In this document: positions 59,301-64,000 of the stretch, in pieces | Position numbering within the stretch: position 1 is the first letter of the stretch | How the letters are laid out: each line of letters begins with the position of its first letter | From: Azolla caroliniana | Lineage: Eukaryota; Plantae; Polypodiophyta | NCBI GenBank assembly: GCA_043228905.1 | Contig: JBHGNT010000002.1 | Location: forward strand, 1,426,001 to 1,490,000 | Length of the DNA: 64,000 nucleotides | Direction of reading: 5' to 3' | Made by a program: the position numbers and the translations under genes | Notes under the pieces: model-generated | What the model was told of the DNA's origin: nothing | The model's database searches: none | What the model saw: the letters and a program-made list of their open reading frames with translations, nothing else

Positions 59301-62300
59301 TGCCGACATCCGTCCGGCCCGAGTGTCTCGTCCTTCTCTTCCACCGGGCACCCCTTTATCGGAATGTCGTCTAGAAATGGCACGGTGATGTCCGAGATGC
59401 AATCCCTCAGTACCTTGTTCATTGCATTCACCATGTGGGCCACCGAGTTGGTCCCTCCTTGTGGGAGGGTACACATTCGCACTAGGCCGAGGGAAGTTCG
59501 CATTGTCGTAATGTCTCTGCTCTCCACGGCTAGCTGGAACTGGTCGTACCCCGAGTACAGATCACCGACCGAGTAAATCGACCTTCCGGCGAAGGCCTCC
59601 ACGAACTCGTCTATGGTCGGTCCGATTCCTGCGTTCCGAAGGGTCACTCTGTTGACCGGCTGCAGATCTTGAATGAAGCGCAATGTTCCGTTTTTCTTTG
59701 GTACGGTAAACCATTGGTTTGAGTATGGGGCACTTGACGGTTCGAGAATACCCATATCGACTTTCTGCCTCAATAGCTCCATCAACTTCGGGATGTGAGC
59801 TCTCGGTACTGGAATCGGCTTGAGATTCCACGGTACATGCGGTACCGTGAATATCACCATCGGCTCCATGATTGTCGGGTCTACGCACCCGATCTCTTCT
59901 GGTGAGAACGTGAAGCCTTTCCCGTGCCTTCCGAGCATCCTCCGAAACCGGTCTTCCTCCGCCAGCAGTAGGAACCCGCCCCCACCTATTTTGAGCTCCT
60001 GGAGCGTCCCGTCGGTGAAGGTGTGTCCTATGCGGACCGGATTTCGTAAACTGGGGTCCGACGCAACCCCTCTGATTCGGGATTCGTTGCCCTCCGGTAA
60101 GGGTGCCGCGACTGGCCTTACCTTCCGGTCCACAGTCTTGTACTTCGTGCTAACTCGGGCCATCCGATCCGACTCGAGCCCCTGACTGAAGTTCGTTATG
60201 ACTTCATACATCTCTTCGGAACATACCGGTATCGTCCGGTCTTCGTTAAGGTCTTCTCCGGCTACCTTCCTCAGCATCCCCAAGGTGTCGTCGAAGGAGA
60301 CCGCCTCCACGGCTCCGCTGATTTCCTCGTCCGGGCCGAGAACTCCGCACGCTCGAAGTCGCACTTCCGCCCTTCCCTTTTCTCGGCCAACGATGCCGAC
60401 TATCATACACCCTCCGTTGTTGGAGAAGCAAAATTTTTTACCTATCGTACAGGGTTTCTTCGGTTTCGGTTCTATCGTACAGCTGTGGGGTCTTTCCCAA
60501 GTGTCCGGACTGTCTCGGCCCCACGCCTTGGCAGCCCTCTCTAAAAATCCTCCCGGTTCTCGCCACCGAGGGATTCGCGGTTTCATTCGTGGTTCGGTCG
60601 CACCGTCAGAAATTGGACCGAATGGCGCCCGTCCTGGCTTTTGACCCTCGCGTAGGACGAACCGTTGTCTAACACCTTGGTCTCCATCCGCGCCGCTGTG
60701 ATGTATGGTTCCCCTAATATGACCAGGTGCGAGGACGTCTCCTGTACGAAGAAGTGTTGGTCAATCTCGACGTCGCCGATCTTGACTCGCAGGTTCGGGC
60801 AGGCCTCGTGCAGTTCCTCGGTGGCGCGCGTCGCCGCCCGTATCTTCCACCCATGCTTGGTGTTGATCGTCCACTTTCCCTTCTTATAGAAGTCCATGGA
60901 CATCAGGTTTATTTCCGAACCGTGGTCCACCAGTGCCACCACCGGTTCCTGAACATCTCCGATCTTCACCGGGGTCTCCGTGGTCGCTCGGGCCCAGTGT
61001 GGCCTCGAATAGTGGCTCTCCGCCCACTCATGTTCCAGCGCCAAGTCTTCGATGTGCATCGTCCGCACCTCCACCGGTCTTTCCGGTTCCGTCTCCGTCG
61101 ACAGCCTCTTCCGCTTCACCAAGTCCACAATGGAGTCGTGGAACTCCTTCTTAGCGATCCCTAGCACCTCCCGCAATGACAGCTCCACTTTGTTGTCGAG
61201 GATTCGTTCTTCTAGGACCTTTCGTAGGTCCGTGGTCCTTTCTATTTCTATCCCCAGTCGGTATCCGCCTTTCCTGGGGTTATCTTGCGCGCCGGACCCA
61301 CCGGCTTCGTTCCGTCGTTGCCCGAATCGGGTCTCGTATCGTTGTGAGGACCCGACCGCTCCGACTTTCCCCACTCGTTTGTCTTCTACCAGAGCCTCGT
61401 AGTTCCGGCAGGCGGCTTCTACGAAGCCCGTCTTCTCCTCGACCAGGTCGCTCCACCCGGTTATTTCCCGGACCCGTCTCTCAGCGCGGTCCGCTTCATC
61501 TTTCCTCAGCCGTGCGCCGGCGAGGCCTTCCAGCATTGCCGACCAGAATCCGTCTTTGCTCTCCTTTCGGGCCTCGCTGCCCCCGACCCGAATACCGGCC
61601 GTCGCCGAGTAGTGGATGGCCTCCACGTGTCGGGCCGCTGCCTCTTCCATCAGTCTCTTCATACCTCCTCGCCCGTCGTTCCGGTTTAGGGCCCTTCTGG
61701 TATCGCCGGCGTGCACCCGGCCTTCCCATAGGTACACCACCCGGTTTCTCAACGCCTCTGCGAAATCGCCGTAGTCCTTCCGAATGTGGCCGACCTCGTC
61801 GCACCACATGCACCTGTTCCCTGCTGCCGGCCGTCGGTCACGAGCCGGTTCGCCGCCTTCCCTTCGAGTCTGGGCAATCTGGAGATCTTTTATCGCCCGC
61901 GTCAACTCCTCCAGCGCTGCTCCTCCGGACGAGTCATTGACCATGCCGGTCGGAGCCGAACCGGTTTCGAGCCACTCCCGGGTCTCTGCCCTTCGCCCTT
62001 GCGGTGCCGGTTCAAGCCCCCTTGCTGTGACAGAGCCCGCTCCGGCCGCCCCGTTGTCAGCCCATTCTCGCCGTTTGTCGAAATGGCCACAGACTCTCTT
62101 AACCGCAGCCTAGTCGGTCGTCAGCCCGTCTTCGGTTTCTAACAAGGAGCCGACTTGATCCCGGTCCCGCTCGTCCACCGACTTGACGAACAGTAGGACC
62201 CGGCTCGTATCCAGAACGGTTCGGTCAAGCGCCGAAAGGAGCGCAAAGCGTTCCTCAAACTCCTAGAGGAGTGCCGACGCGTTTCTTCCCTTGCCGGGGG

Positions 62301-63355
62301 ACTCCACCCATTCCATGAAGTCCCGTTTCGAAAGCCGGAGCGCGTCGTCCAGCCCGTATTTTTCTAGGAGTCGGCCTTCGAACTCCTCCCAGGTACGGCT
62401 CTCCACCCGTACCTCGAGCACCTCCATATGGATGCTCGGCATCACCACTCGAGGGAACCCGGCAAGACGCCTCTCTTCCGGAATGTCCCGCATCAGCATT
62501 TCTGCCCCGTAGGACGCCAAATACTTCATGGCATCCTTTCCGCTGAACCGGCCTATCGTACCAACGACCACCTCAATGGCTCTATCGAGGGCGTCGGTGC
62601 CCTCGCGTGCGCTCAATATCCGATCCACGGCCGAAGCCATGGCCTCCGCAAGATCCGACCCCTTCATCTTCTGCTCTTCTGCCGCCTCCTTCACGTCGGG
62701 TTCACCAAGATGTGCTGATATTCCTCGCGGATGCGTGGAATGAGGCAGGGCCACGGGGGTCTTGTACCGAAGAGCAAGAGACAAAGGAGAAGGAAAGGGG
62801 CCCACTACGTGTGGGCGTAGATTCACAGGGGCACAGCCCTTCGACACAAAGACGCGAGTGGGACACCGACGTAGAGAGACACGAATGTATGTATATATAT
62901 ATTAACAAGGACAAACAGCAAGAAGCACGAAGTCGGTTACAACCGAACCGGCCGGCGAACAGATGCCGATGCCTGTTCGTAAACGCTCAGAAAGAAAGGA
63001 GTAGGTTGGAGGTGCTGCCGGAAGCACTCGGGCATTCCTCAGAGCAGCGCGAGCCTCCCGAAACCCTGCGCCGAAAGAAGCTACGGAGTATGGAAGAGAG
63101 AGAAGCCTTCGGCCGACAACCCGACAGCACTTCGTCCTCTCTAACCGCGATCCCTTTCCTCTTCCCCGTCTCCCTCCTTTTATAGGCAAGAAAGGAGCCG
63201 TTTCCCATTAACTTCCTACCTACCGAATCTACCTACCTAGGATCTTCTATGTACCTAATTCTCTCTTATGTACAACATAAGACGTACGTGCATGAAGAGC
63301 CGGTTCCTACGCTCCGGTGCACCGATTCCGCTTGTGGACGGTTTTCTTCACGACA
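56333..63355 (-). mobile_element. I: full-length P1-family gypsy element, youngest layer of the F>G>H>I nest
   Basis: 645-bp LTRs at 56333-56977 and 62711-63355 (about 4 differences); 4-bp TSD CCGG; tRNA-Trp PBS at 62690-62707; PPT GGTTAGGTGGGGGCGGA at 56978-56994. Confidence 0.95.
57040..62667 (-). pseudogene. Element I gag-PR / RT-RH-IN with several premature stops
   Basis: Same domains as P1; stops near 62263, 62111, 60583, 58802, 58037 and 57617. Confidence 0.9.
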
Positions 63356-64000
63356 CCGGGTCTTCCCGAAATCAACCGCGTCAAGTCCCAGTTGTCGGAC
63401 GCATTCGAAATGAAGGACCTGGGGGACCTTCATTATTTTCTTGGGATCGAAGTGCTCCGGACCCCCGACGGCATATTGCTCTCACAACGACATTACGTGT
63501 TGAATATGTTGTATAAGTTCGGCATGACGGATTGCCGACCTGTCTCCACACCCCTGGACCGGAACCAGAAGCTTCGTCCCAACTCCGAACCGGCCTGCAA
63601 TGAGAAACGGTTCCGACAGGTTGTCAGAAGCCTGATCTACTTAACCATCACTTGACCTGACATCAGCTATCCGGTTGGCATGGTAAGTCAGTTCATGCAG
63701 AAGCCGACCGTGGAGCACCTTCAGTGCGCGCAACGAATATTACGGTATGTCAGCGGCACTAAGGATCGGGGACTGCTATACCGGCGAGGTATACCCGAAG
63801 AGCTTGTCGGTTACACAGATGCGGACTGGGCCGGCGATGCGTCTAATCGCCGCTCCACTTCCGGATACATGTTCTCCATAGGTAGCGCGGCCGTTGCGTG
63901 GAGCAGCAAGAAGCAGCCCACAGTGGCTTTGTCAAGCATTGAGGCTGAGTACCGGGCCGCTATCGTTGCCACTTGTGAAGCCATCTGGCTTCGGCGACTG

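Larger units (their letters stand above)
52465..64000 (+). mobile_element. Copia H: inserted in the protease of G, interrupted by I, runs off the window
   Basis: 5' LTR TGTTGAGC...TTTACA at 52465-52859; PBS TGGTATCAGAGC at 52860; RT resumes at 63360 and reaches RNase H (YTDADWAG..ALSSIEAEY) at the window end. Confidence 0.92.

Overview
Eukaryotic land-plant DNA, most plausibly a bryophyte (an inference from the TE lineages). The first ~14 kb is AT-rich and holds one intact 11-coding-exon RGLG-type copine/vWA-RING E3 ligase gene (5048-8555, ~408 aa), a hAT-type MITE and two decayed RTE-like LINE 3' ends. From 14281 to the end the window is almost entirely a nested LTR-retrotransposon pile, with junctions resolved to the base from LTR termini, PBS/PPT and TSDs. 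It contains six Ty1/copia elements (A and D with intact ORFs; B, E, F, H disrupted) and four members of one non-chromovirus Ty3/gypsy group (P1, G, I, plus the non-autonomous gag-only C). Nesting: B contains C, which contains D; B contains E; F contains P1; F contains G, which contains H, which contains I. The most interesting system is the gypsy group. It combines a tRNA-Trp primer site, a Gag-protease ORF joined to RT-RH-IN by a candidate -1 frameshift (G GAU UUU plus stem-loop), a D-H-G protease motif, a covarying hairpin before the PPT, a gag-only derivative, and 4-bp target sites centred on CpG (GCGG, ACGT, CCGG, and ATGT as a possible deaminated ACGT). Also notable are an apparent capsid swap between copia A and E and family-specific CCGG/TCGA enrichment. 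All counts are by eye; no searches were run.
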